IMG/VR virus record: IMGVR_UViG_3300005573_000069
Coordinates: 1-37,033 of that record
Direction: 5' to 3' (one strand)
DNA: 37,033 bases
Source of the DNA: a virus
Positions 27,497 through 35,257 of this stretch are shown here, piece by piece; the first letter of the stretch is position 1, and the number at the start of each line of letters is the position of its first letter. Both the position numbers and the translations under genes were made by a program. The notes below the pieces were generated by a model that was not told the origin of the DNA, did not search any database, and saw only the letters and a program-made list of their open reading frames with translations.

Positions 27497-27653
27497 AAAC
27501 CACTCCCATAAATATCTTACCTGGCCGAAACTTCGCTAAATAATTCTTTCCACGTGTACATTGATTAGCACAATGAATGCAATCTTCAGAAGTAGCATAT
27601 TTTACCTTTGGCTTTTTCTGTTTTTCATTCGTTGTATCTTGTTCTTTGGACAT
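27483..27653 (-). CDS. 56-aa Cys-rich peptide
   Basis: ATG 27653 after AAGGGGGAG gives MSKEQD...CIHCANQCTRG...GVVCERE; overlaps the GT start. Not in the track. Confidence 0.65.
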   Translation of the reverse strand: MSKEQDTTNEKQKKPKVKYATSEDCIHCANQCTRGKNYLAKFRPGKIFMGVVCERE

Positions 27654-27665
27654 TGTAACTCCCCC

Positions 27666-28025
27666 TTATTCCCACCAATTGCTTATATGATCTTTGATAT
27701 AATCCCAAAACTTATTTACACTACTTTCATTTTCATAAATATTTACAAGGCTAATACTTTCATCCGTTCCTACAATATCATATCTGTCACCTTTAATAAC
27801 CTTTTCGCACAATGTAACTGCATCTTTGATTTCACTAGAAATTTGATCATTATCAATTTCATTTAACCAATTTGACTTTTCAAAGAATTTTTCCATCTTT
27901 TTTAACTTAACATATAATAATCTATAAATATACCAGTCGTCCCAATCTCTATCGCACCAAATAACAGGTAAAAATTCTTTGAGATTTTTTATTCCTTGAA
28001 AAATATCTCTGAACATAGTGTACAC
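27666..28025 (-). CDS. Hypothetical phage protein
   Basis: IW.DRDWD..YI..LL..KLK.M...WW motif. Confidence 0.75.
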   Translation of the reverse strand: MYTMFRDIFQGIKNLKEFLPVIWCDRDWDDWYIYRLLYVKLKKMEKFFEKSNWLNEIDNDQISSEIKDAVTLCEKVIKGDRYDIVGTDESISLVNIYENESSVNKFWDYIKDHISNWWE

Positions 28026-28030
28026 TCTCT

Positions 28031-28300
28031 CTAATTTAGTAATTTAGGAAAAATACAACTATATAATTCATCAGCGGTACACTCTTTTACTATTTGAAGC
28101 TCGGCACCATTGACCAGAAAATCACTGACAATTCCATATAACTTATTGACATCGTCAGTCCGATATGTCATCGGATCACTCATAATGGCAATAAAATAGC
28201 TATCACCAAATTTCCAAAGATATGCCTCATCATTCCACGCAGAGATACATAACACACTACCATCATCCAAATAACGAACAACTTCAGTAACAGTATACAA
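28031..28300 (-). CDS. Hypothetical protein (paralog B2)
   Basis: TTG start with GAGGTG; YLWK...DDVN...GAELQIV.ECT. Confidence 0.72.
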   Translation of the reverse strand: MYTVTEVVRYLDDGSVLCISAWNDEAYLWKFGDSYFIAIMSDPMTYRTDDVNKLYGIVSDFLVNGAELQIVKECTADELYSCIFPKLLN

Positions 28301-28322
28301 ATTTAATCACCTCATTCGACAA

Positions 28323-28601
28323 TTAATTAAGAGGAATGCGAAAATAACTATCAAACTCCATATTAGTACAATCTGTTACTATTTGAAATTCAGCACCTCT
28401 GACCAATAGTGTATCAATAAATTGATATACCAAATTAACATCATCACTCCAAAATAGGGTTCTATCGTCCATAAAACCTACAAAATATATATTCTCTAAT
28501 TTCCACAAATACACTTCGCCCTCTACAACTGGAATAAATAATACTCTACTATTATTAAGATGATCAATGATATCGCTAGCAGTAACAGTACAATTCAACA
28601 A
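28323..28601 (-). CDS. Hypothetical protein (paralog B1)
   Basis: YLWK...DDVN...GAEFQIV.DCT. Start is uncertain (TTG 28601 preferred over ATG 28640). Confidence 0.68.
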   Translation of the reverse strand: MLNCTVTASDIIDHLNNSRVLFIPVVEGEVYLWKLENIYFVGFMDDRTLFWSDDVNLVYQFIDTLLVRGAEFQIVTDCTNMEFDSYFRIPLN

Positions 28602-29088
28602 ATCTATCAATCTCCTTTTCAAACTCCTCAAGCGTTCCATTATTTACAATCGTATAAATATTGAGGGAATCAGCCCCCGTTTCCACGGGGGCATCTAGCA
28701 AACCTACATCGCAATGACCATCCCTCTTAACTATCCGTTCAATAGCAATTTCTTTATCGCACACAATCTTTACTGGTACAAATCCCTCCTGCACACCTCT
28801 TTCATACTCCTCAATCTTTCGACAATCTGAAATCACAGCAGGCAAGCCCAAAGCCTTCACGTTGTTAAAAGTATAATTGATCCATACATAAGGGTCGATC
28901 TCTCTTAACTTTTCGCCAATTAACTGCAAAAGCTTTCTATTCTTTTTACCCATTCCAAAATATTCCTTCGCTATCGCGTATATCCCATCAGCAAATGCAA
29001 AGGAAGTGTAGCCATACCATTTACATACTCTACCAGCGAACGTATCTTTCCCGACTCCCGCTCGACCACAGACTAAAATATTTTTCAA
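28576..29088 (-). CDS. Deoxynucleoside monophosphate kinase
   Basis: GRAGVGKDT, FAFAD, RKLLQLIG, ISDCR..E and NNGTLEE. Confidence 0.87.
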   Translation of the reverse strand: MKNILVCGRAGVGKDTFAGRVCKWYGYTSFAFADGIYAIAKEYFGMGKKNRKLLQLIGEKLREIDPYVWINYTFNNVKALGLPAVISDCRKIEEYERGVQEGFVPVKIVCDKEIAIERIVKRDGHCDVGLLDAPVETGADSLNIYTIVNNGTLEEFEKEIDRFVELYCYC

Positions 29089-29094
29089 TCACAG

Positions 29095-29223
29095 TCACTC
29101 TCCGTATAACATCTCTACTAATGAGCTACACAACCCCGTAGAATCTACAAAAACACTCCTTAATGTACAATAGCCGTCTTCATTGTACTTGCACTCGTAT
29201 ACGTAGCACGTAATTTCTGCCAT
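29095..29223 (-). CDS. 42-aa DUF1540-like Cys peptide
   Basis: MAEITCYVYECKYNEDGYC...GLCSS; AAAGGA RBS. Not in the track. Confidence 0.62.
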   Translation of the reverse strand: MAEITCYVYECKYNEDGYCTLRSVFVDSTGLCSSLVEMLYGE

Positions 29224-29231
29224 TAATTTCA

Positions 29232-30197
29232 CTATCCTTTCAATGATTTCAGCTTATTCAGTACATTTTCAGCTTCTTGCAGGCTACTATAATCAAGTGA
29301 CGCCCCGACTATTGCTACGAGTTTATCTTTAGGTACACCCTCCTTCATTTTTTGACGAGCTACTTCCTTAATACTTGTAACGATTTCCTCTAGTTTACCG
29401 CCTCCTGCTTTAAACTCGTTAGCATCCTTATCAATAACAGAGTCAAGTTTCTCAATTTCTTCGCGGGAGCGCACACGGCCCGTATTGGCTTGTAAAATGC
29501 TGTCTTTCCAATGCTCATATGTCGCCATCTCAATGACGTTATTAGGCGTGAAAGTCATTGTACGATCTTTTATAACCCTTGCTATACTGCTTCCGTCCTT
29601 GTTTTTCGAGAATTGCAACACTACGTCAAAATCATATTCGGCACCCTTACTTGAATTATACGTGGTTCCAACGGTGACGAACGTGACTGTACCATCTGGT
29701 TGTTTTACAGGTTCCTTCTCGTCCTTTCCTTCAGCCACAATGACAATGTTTTTGCCCATCTTACTATACTCAAATAATTTTCCGATAAGCCTGTCATAAA
29801 CTAACTTGATAATACCCCATTCTTTGGGACTCAAGCCTTCCGCTTCAACCATACGTTGATTTTTAATTGCCCGATTTTCCACAACTTTCAATGCCGCATG
29901 TTGCAGATTCTCATAAACACGCGAAATTGAATCTATAACGATTGTGTTGACTTGGCTGAATAATTCAGAGTCTGCTTCAAGCTCACTTAGATCTTCCATA
30001 ATCGCCTTAGCCGAAACCGATGTAGACATCACTAAAATATTTTGGTTATTGTTCTTGTAAAAGGTTGCGCTGGAATCGGCGTCTATTAACGCCTGACTGG
30101 GGAACGTCAAGGCGAATGGAGTTTTACCCGATCCTGATTCGCCATACACTAGTATTCTTACACCTTCGCACAGCTTTTCCGGCCTTGTGAAAGCCAT
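29232..30197 (-). CDS. AAA_24/Sak4-like ATPase (SPbeta YorG-like)
   Basis: YGESGSGKT, IVIDSIS, WG.IK, YDFDVV and KDRT. Confidence 0.88.
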   Translation of the reverse strand: MAFTRPEKLCEGVRILVYGESGSGKTPFALTFPSQALIDADSSATFYKNNNQNILVMSTSVSAKAIMEDLSELEADSELFSQVNTIVIDSISRVYENLQHAALKVVENRAIKNQRMVEAEGLSPKEWGIIKLVYDRLIGKLFEYSKMGKNIVIVAEGKDEKEPVKQPDGTVTFVTVGTTYNSSKGAEYDFDVVLQFSKNKDGSSIARVIKDRTMTFTPNNVIEMATYEHWKDSILQANTGRVRSREEIEKLDSVIDKDANEFKAGGGKLEEIVTSIKEVARQKMKEGVPKDKLVAIVGASLDYSSLQEAENVLNKLKSLKG

Positions 30198-30224
30198 TTA
30201 GCCACCTCCTAAAATATCTTTCAA

Positions 30225-31133
30225 TTAAAATGGGAGTTCGTCATCATTATTTACATTCTTCGATTCATTTTGAATAACATCTTCAAACAATGGACTCACA
30301 TTCTTCTTTTTCCCTGCTATAGCTTCTAGTATTGCTTGTTCTTTGTATGCCTTTGGCCGATAAGACTCAGGAGAAATTCCGGTAATTTCGTATTCACTAA
30401 TGTGTTGCTTGATAGTAACTGTATTCTCACCCCATTCATTTTGTTCACTCATGGTATCCAAACTAACCATGTTCCTAATACGACCATTTGCTTTAAAAGC
30501 ATCGCCTACGGATAAGGTTAAAATCTTCTTTCCAAAGGCACTATTTTTTTCTGGATAAACTGTGAACAAATAAGAATAGATGTCAGGTAGTTCCCTGCCA
30601 TGTCTTTGAAACACCCAGGCGTATAGATAGATTTTTTGCGATGATTTGTCATAGTTCGTTGATTGAAGTACCATCTCTTGGGAAAAAATGGCATCTTCCT
30701 TAAAATCGGGAGAGTCAAAATCGACGGGCTTACTGGCCGGATATACATTTTTAATAGTTAACTTTGCAATAGTCTTATCGTTCCATTCCCTATAATTGAT
30801 TTCACCTCCAATTACCACAGACGACCCATGAGGCATATCATACACATCTTGGATCACGTCCCATGCGGGCTTAATCAACCTGCACCCCGCAGGAACGGCC
30901 ATTCCATATTTAAGTGCAACAGTCCTCTTATTCGCTTGGTCCCATGCATACACCCTCTCAGGGAGAGTGCCGTAACAATCACAATACACAATTTGTGTCG
31001 GGGATGTACGCACCCCAACATGTACGCTACGGTACGGCACGCCCGCGCTATTTACCCCTTCTTTTGCAATATCGTCCCCTTTTGCCAAAATTCCACGCAC
31101 CCTGAAGAAACTACGATGTGGCTGGAATTCCAT
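30225..31133 (-). CDS. OB-fold single-stranded DNA-binding protein (YorF-like)
   Basis: Beta-rich sequence with acidic C-terminal tail DDELPF; first gene of the replication cluster. Confidence 0.78.
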   Translation of the reverse strand: MEFQPHRSFFRVRGILAKGDDIAKEGVNSAGVPYRSVHVGVRTSPTQIVYCDCYGTLPERVYAWDQANKRTVALKYGMAVPAGCRLIKPAWDVIQDVYDMPHGSSVVIGGEINYREWNDKTIAKLTIKNVYPASKPVDFDSPDFKEDAIFSQEMVLQSTNYDKSSQKIYLYAWVFQRHGRELPDIYSYLFTVYPEKNSAFGKKILTLSVGDAFKANGRIRNMVSLDTMSEQNEWGENTVTIKQHISEYEITGISPESYRPKAYKEQAILEAIAGKKKNVSPLFEDVIQNESKNVNNDDELPF

Positions 31134-31163
31134 AATTCACCCTCCTCTAAGCGATGTGGGCAC

Positions 31164-31192
31164 ATTATATCATATATTTTGCAGTTTGTCAA
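31164..31192 (-). promoter_or_regulatory. SigmaA consensus promoter for the SSB/replication operon
   Basis: TTGACA (31192-31187), 17 nt, extended -10 TGa-TATAAT (31169-31164). Confidence 0.88.
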
Positions 31193-31493
31193 GTGTCCTT
31201 TTGGCGCTACTGACAAAATCGGGCAACGAGTTAGAAATGCTAATTAATTCATATATTTCCTTACGAAAACTTTCCAGGTCAGCACAGTAGTAATATATGA
31301 TTTGTACCTCCTTCCTTACGCTATAATTTCGGTTATTGAATTTTCTATGGATGGCTTCTTCCACCATTGCTAATTCGTCTGGAGGAACCGGATCACAATT
31401 CCTTAACACCCTGTTACGCCTAACCACGTGATTGCGCAGACGGGTTGCCTGTTGTTCCAATACGCCGACCCCGCTTTTGTTGCAACCTTTCAC
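31170..31493 (-). CDS. Hypothetical protein
   Basis: GTG start after AGGAGG; has its own promoter. Confidence 0.7.
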   Translation of the reverse strand: MKGCNKSGVGVLEQQATRLRNHVVRRNRVLRNCDPVPPDELAMVEEAIHRKFNNRNYSVRKEVQIIYYYCADLESFRKEIYELISISNSLPDFVSSAKRTLDKLQNI

Positions 31494-31517
31494 GTGCCGT
31501 CCTCCTATTTTTTCTAC

Positions 31518-31546
31518 ATTTTACACCAGCCAAACTCCATTGTCAA
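31518..31546 (-). promoter_or_regulatory. SigmaA-type promoter
   Basis: TTGACA (31546-31541), 17 nt, TAAAAT (31523-31518). Confidence 0.8.
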
Positions 31547-31562
31547 GTAAAATATTGTCGTT

Positions 31563-32558
31563 TTATGTCGAAATCCCTTCTTTTTCATTCTCCATTTCTT
31601 TAATAATTTTGGCAATTTCTTTCAACCAATATAAATCAGCATCACTACGTCTACCAGTCATACGCATGATATCTTCCACTTTGATATCAATGCGTTTCAG
31701 TAACTCGATTTTCCTACTTCTATTAATTGCTTCCACAGTAAGTCCAGCTAAATTTATCCCGTAAAATTCGACGTTTAGTCCTTCAAAAACTCTGCGGAGC
31801 ATGTCACTAGGATTGGAGCACGTTTCACTTCGCCCTGCTCTAGTCTCCACAGGACGAATAAGATATGGAGAATCTTTCAACCGCATAACTTTGTTCGCTT
31901 TCCCAAGTCCACTCCTGTCAGGCACAAAATATTCACTTTCTCCTATGGCTTTTTTAATGTCACTTACCACCATAGGATCACTGATTGTCACCACCCTATT
32001 CTTTAAATTTAACTGTATACGACCATCTTCCTCCTTTATATCCGATACCTTTAGGTACTTGATTTCACTAGTGGTCAACAAATGCCACGCTAACTCTAAT
32101 ATTACTACGTCTCTATAGTTACTTTCCCTACCATCCGGTAATTGCTCTATTAGTAGGTTACGAAGAGCCCGATATTCGCGCTCTGAAATAGTTACTTCCA
32201 ATAATGCCTCCAAGTCAATGTATCCCAATTGGTCATACAATAATTGTAACGGCTGGCACGACATCCCTAATTTGTTACACGCATATCTCTGTAAGTCTCT
32301 TACCTGCTGAACAATTTTATTAATCGAATGTGGTGATATAGTTTTCATTGTCAACAGGAAATTGTTCAAGTCATGATTGTTCCAATTCCACAAATACTTT
32401 GGATAGTTACTTATCTTTTCCAGTAGGCTAAAATACGTTTTCTTTTCGCGCACATTTTGGCTAAAAAATCCCTGAAATAACTTTTTGTAATTTTGGAGTT
32501 TCTCGTTGGTTTCTACCTTTCCCTTTGTCTGTTCTGTAGAATCATATCTTACATACAT
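31563..32558 (-). CDS. Degenerate tyrosine-recombinase-fold protein (MrpR/YopR-like phage repressor)
   Basis: SAM-like N-domain (HDLNNFL...SINK). RDVVILELAWHLLTTSEIKYLKVSDI is box I with the catalytic R replaced, LTVEAINRS has lost HxxR, and MTGRRS has lost GH. Confidence 0.75.
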   Translation of the reverse strand: MYVRYDSTEQTKGKVETNEKLQNYKKLFQGFFSQNVREKKTYFSLLEKISNYPKYLWNWNNHDLNNFLLTMKTISPHSINKIVQQVRDLQRYACNKLGMSCQPLQLLYDQLGYIDLEALLEVTISEREYRALRNLLIEQLPDGRESNYRDVVILELAWHLLTTSEIKYLKVSDIKEEDGRIQLNLKNRVVTISDPMVVSDIKKAIGESEYFVPDRSGLGKANKVMRLKDSPYLIRPVETRAGRSETCSNPSDMLRRVFEGLNVEFYGINLAGLTVEAINRSRKIELLKRIDIKVEDIMRMTGRRSDADLYWLKEIAKIIKEMENEKEGIST

Positions 32559-32573
32559 ACCAGCTTACCGTCC

Positions 32574-32609
32574 TTTGCTATACTTAACTTACCCGTTAAG
32601 CATAGCAAA
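32574..32609. repeat. 15-6-15 inverted repeat overlapping the promoter -10 and start site
   Basis: TTTGCTATACTTAAC-ttaccc-GTTAAGCATAGCAAA, one mismatch. Confidence 0.85.
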
Positions 32610-32627
32610 ACTCTGAGGATTTGTCAA
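32599..32627 (-). promoter_or_regulatory. SigmaA-type promoter of the MrpR-like gene
   Basis: TTGACA (32627-32622), 17 nt, extended -10 TGc-TATGCT (32604-32599). Confidence 0.78.
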
Positions 32628-32685
32628 CACTTTACAACCTATTCCTAAGACAATTTTTAATTTGAGAATTAACTAACTAGCTAGG

Positions 32686-33273
32686 CTAAATTCTTTCTAA
32701 AATATTTTTCTTTTGTTTTTGTAAAAATTTCTTATATTTTAGAGCCTCTGTAGCATAACCGTTTTCGGTTATATCTTTTTCCTTCATGTACTGATACGTC
32801 CCCCTTATCCCGCGATTGTAAGATATCAACGTTAGTTCCTCCAATCTCTTGCTACGATAGCCCTGCCTACTCCAGTAGTTTTGGAGGTAACCTAAATACC
32901 AAACGCCCCCGTTAATGTTATCCCATATATTATATGGGTCAATTCTCCGGTTAATTCCTCTCGATATTTTTTCGACAGTTATTTTGTTAATTTGAAATAA
33001 TCCCACATCTCCAGTATTTGATTCTTTTTTTGGGTTAAACCAACTTTCTGTATGAGCCACGCTTAAAGCAAGTTCAAATGATACATTGTATTTTTTGCAC
33101 ATATAGTAAATGTACGCCTGATATTCTTTTTGCAAAGGAATATCGTATATCATTGCTTCTGTAACTATATGAGATTGCGCTCTGCTATATGCTAGTTTTT
33201 GCATAGCTGTAGCTTTAGGCAATGCGATTAGTATTGTAGCACATGTTATGATCACAATTACTAACTTCTTCAA
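32686..33273 (-). CDS. Secreted SLT-domain lytic transglycosylase
   Basis: Signal-peptide-like N-terminus; TES.FNP, GDVGLFQIN and SYNRG. Confidence 0.9.
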   Translation of the reverse strand: MKKLVIVIITCATILIALPKATAMQKLAYSRAQSHIVTEAMIYDIPLQKEYQAYIYYMCKKYNVSFELALSVAHTESWFNPKKESNTGDVGLFQINKITVEKISRGINRRIDPYNIWDNINGGVWYLGYLQNYWSRQGYRSKRLEELTLISYNRGIRGTYQYMKEKDITENGYATEALKYKKFLQKQKKNILERI

Positions 33274-33308
33274 TTTGACAACCTGCCTCTAGCAAATCTA
33301 ACAATACA

Positions 33309-34499
33309 CTATTTAACCAATTTAAACAAACACTCTCTCGTGTTCCATTCTGGATGTTCCCATATTAGCTCTGTTAGCCCATTCAATGTCTTACCAATTG
33401 TCTCTCCCTTCATTCCAAGTCCGATTAAGTCATTACCATTGATTGCCAAGTCTTTTCTCGTAATTGGCATTTTCTCGGCAAGAATTCGAAAGTAAGTGTC
33501 TTTTATCTCTTTGACCTTAGTCTTGTAAATCGAATCTGAATGTAGTATGTTCAATAAACCAATAATCCGTGAAGTGTCTTCTTTCCCAAACAAAGCTATC
33601 ATTTCTTTGATATCGTTTTCTGAAATATAGTCAATCTGACATGAATTCAAGATATTCAGCTCTGTAATAATTTTCGTTACCGATTCGCTCATTCTTTTCG
33701 AGAATTTAAACTTGTTGATCAATATAACCTTATATACAGTTTCATAATATAACTGCCACACGTAAGCACCCCATCTACTTACCAAGTCATTTTCTACGCA
33801 ATTTAAGCTTATGTTCAATTGCGGCACTCTTTTCGGTATTTCCACCGCTTCATTTAACCATGATTCTTCAAACAGAGATATGCCATAATCAGCATTTTTG
33901 GAAAGAATGATCCGACTTAATTCATCACGAATTCTTTCTATTGATACTTTCTTTAATGAGTCACGATTTCTCTTAATACTTTTCCACGTTTCAAACTCAA
34001 TACTGAAATCCAAATCTGCTGCAAAGCGAATGGCACGCAACATACGGAGGGGATCTTCTGCAAAACGTTTGTCAGCGTTCTCTACACATTTAACCAGCTT
34101 CCTTTTAATGTCGCCTACATTCTTCCGATTCCTTACGTTGCCTGTTACATCTGCAACAATAGCATTTATCGTAAAGTCTCTACGTGCCAAGTCGGATTTT
34201 AATGTCTTCATATACTTCACATTATCAGTATATCTACCGTCATTTCTATAAGTGGTCACTTCTACACATTTATCGTTATTAACCACTCCTACCGTTCCAT
34301 ACTTAATTCCAAGTAGAACAGTATGATTAAACATCTTTTGTACTTCTTGCGGGAGTGCATTAGTGCACACATCCCAATCGTGAGGCTCGCGCCCCAATAT
34401 TGAGTCTCTGACACAACCACCTACTACATATGCTTCGTATCCATGCTGCATCAAAACCATCATTATATCCTTCACATATGGTGGTATCTTTATTTCCAC
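33309..34499 (-). CDS. Class II tRNA nucleotidyltransferase (CCA/CC-adding enzyme)
   Basis: VGGCVRD...DWD (motif A), EVTTYR, DLARRDFTINA (motif B), EDPLRMLRAIRF (motif D) and SIERIRDEL (motif E). Confidence 0.93.
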   Translation of the reverse strand: MEIKIPPYVKDIMMVLMQHGYEAYVVGGCVRDSILGREPHDWDVCTNALPQEVQKMFNHTVLLGIKYGTVGVVNNDKCVEVTTYRNDGRYTDNVKYMKTLKSDLARRDFTINAIVADVTGNVRNRKNVGDIKRKLVKCVENADKRFAEDPLRMLRAIRFAADLDFSIEFETWKSIKRNRDSLKKVSIERIRDELSRIILSKNADYGISLFEESWLNEAVEIPKRVPQLNISLNCVENDLVSRWGAYVWQLYYETVYKVILINKFKFSKRMSESVTKIITELNILNSCQIDYISENDIKEMIALFGKEDTSRIIGLLNILHSDSIYKTKVKEIKDTYFRILAEKMPITRKDLAINGNDLIGLGMKGETIGKTLNGLTELIWEHPEWNTRECLFKLVK

Positions 34500-35257
34500 T
34501 TTTCAAGCTCCCTGAGTGTCATATCTATAAGCAGTTTATTTATTTTTTCTACGTTTGGTGATTCAGGTAACCTAGAGTTTTTATACGCATCCTCAAGTTT
34601 TTTGAATAACTCATCAGCTTCTTTTTTGATGTCATCCAATGTATAACCCCCATAGCGGATGCTTAATAAATGCGCTCTATCTGGCCGTTTGACATAAACA
34701 TTTCCCTCTGTCAATACTTCTATTCCCATGTGCAATAGACGTATTAAGTGCTGTGCATGTTTAGTATCATATCCGTAACGCTCAATTAAATCCTTGTGCG
34801 AACCGTGAGAATTATGGTTGCTTTTATCTTTAGAGATCAATTTGTTTAGTTGTGATAACGCATAACCTCCAAAGGTAGATCTAGCCTTAGTAGACAAAAA
34901 TAAATGTCTATTCTGTATCAAGTCGGCACCTAAATCGTCACAATAAATAATGTCTGACGGATCAACAAACAGATACTCAATAATATTGGGATTACAATTG
35001 GTTGCAAGCTTTACAAACTTGTGCAAGCCATAATTGGTTATTTCCGCGGGCTTTCTTATTTCTTCGTATTGAGGATAGTTAGTATAGTTTTTACTTTCAT
35101 ACTGCTCAAAGTTATAATATCCAATAATATAATCTCTAGGTGGAATACAGACCGCTCCTAAATCCACATCAGAATCTGTATGACTCATACCATAAGCATA
35201 ACTGCCACGATATACTTTCAAAATCGTTCGTTGCTCAATCCAAGATTCAACGTTCAT
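34490..35257 (-). CDS. Pol-beta-superfamily nucleotidyltransferase (RlaP/NrdC.11-like)
   Basis: GSYAYG...SDVD, NPNIIE.L and GYDTKHAQHLIRLL. Confidence 0.88.
   Translation of the reverse strand: MNVESWIEQRTILKVYRGSYAYGMSHTDSDVDLGAVCIPPRDYIIGYYNFEQYESKNYTNYPQYEEIRKPAEITNYGLHKFVKLATNCNPNIIEYLFVDPSDIIYCDDLGADLIQNRHLFLSTKARSTFGGYALSQLNKLISKDKSNHNSHGSHKDLIERYGYDTKHAQHLIRLLHMGIEVLTEGNVYVKRPDRAHLLSIRYGGYTLDDIKKEADELFKKLEDAYKNSRLPESPNVEKINKLLIDMTLRELEKWK

Noticed and set aside
31563-32558. Active integrase with an attachment site
   Set aside because: The catalytic Arg, HxxR and GH positions are not conserved, and no phage/host boundary is visible.
859-34646. All plus-strand ORFs in the track (e.g. 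859-1053, 2547-2885, 30828-31247)
   Set aside because: They lie antisense to well-supported minus-strand genes, show no recognisable motifs, and have shadow-like composition.
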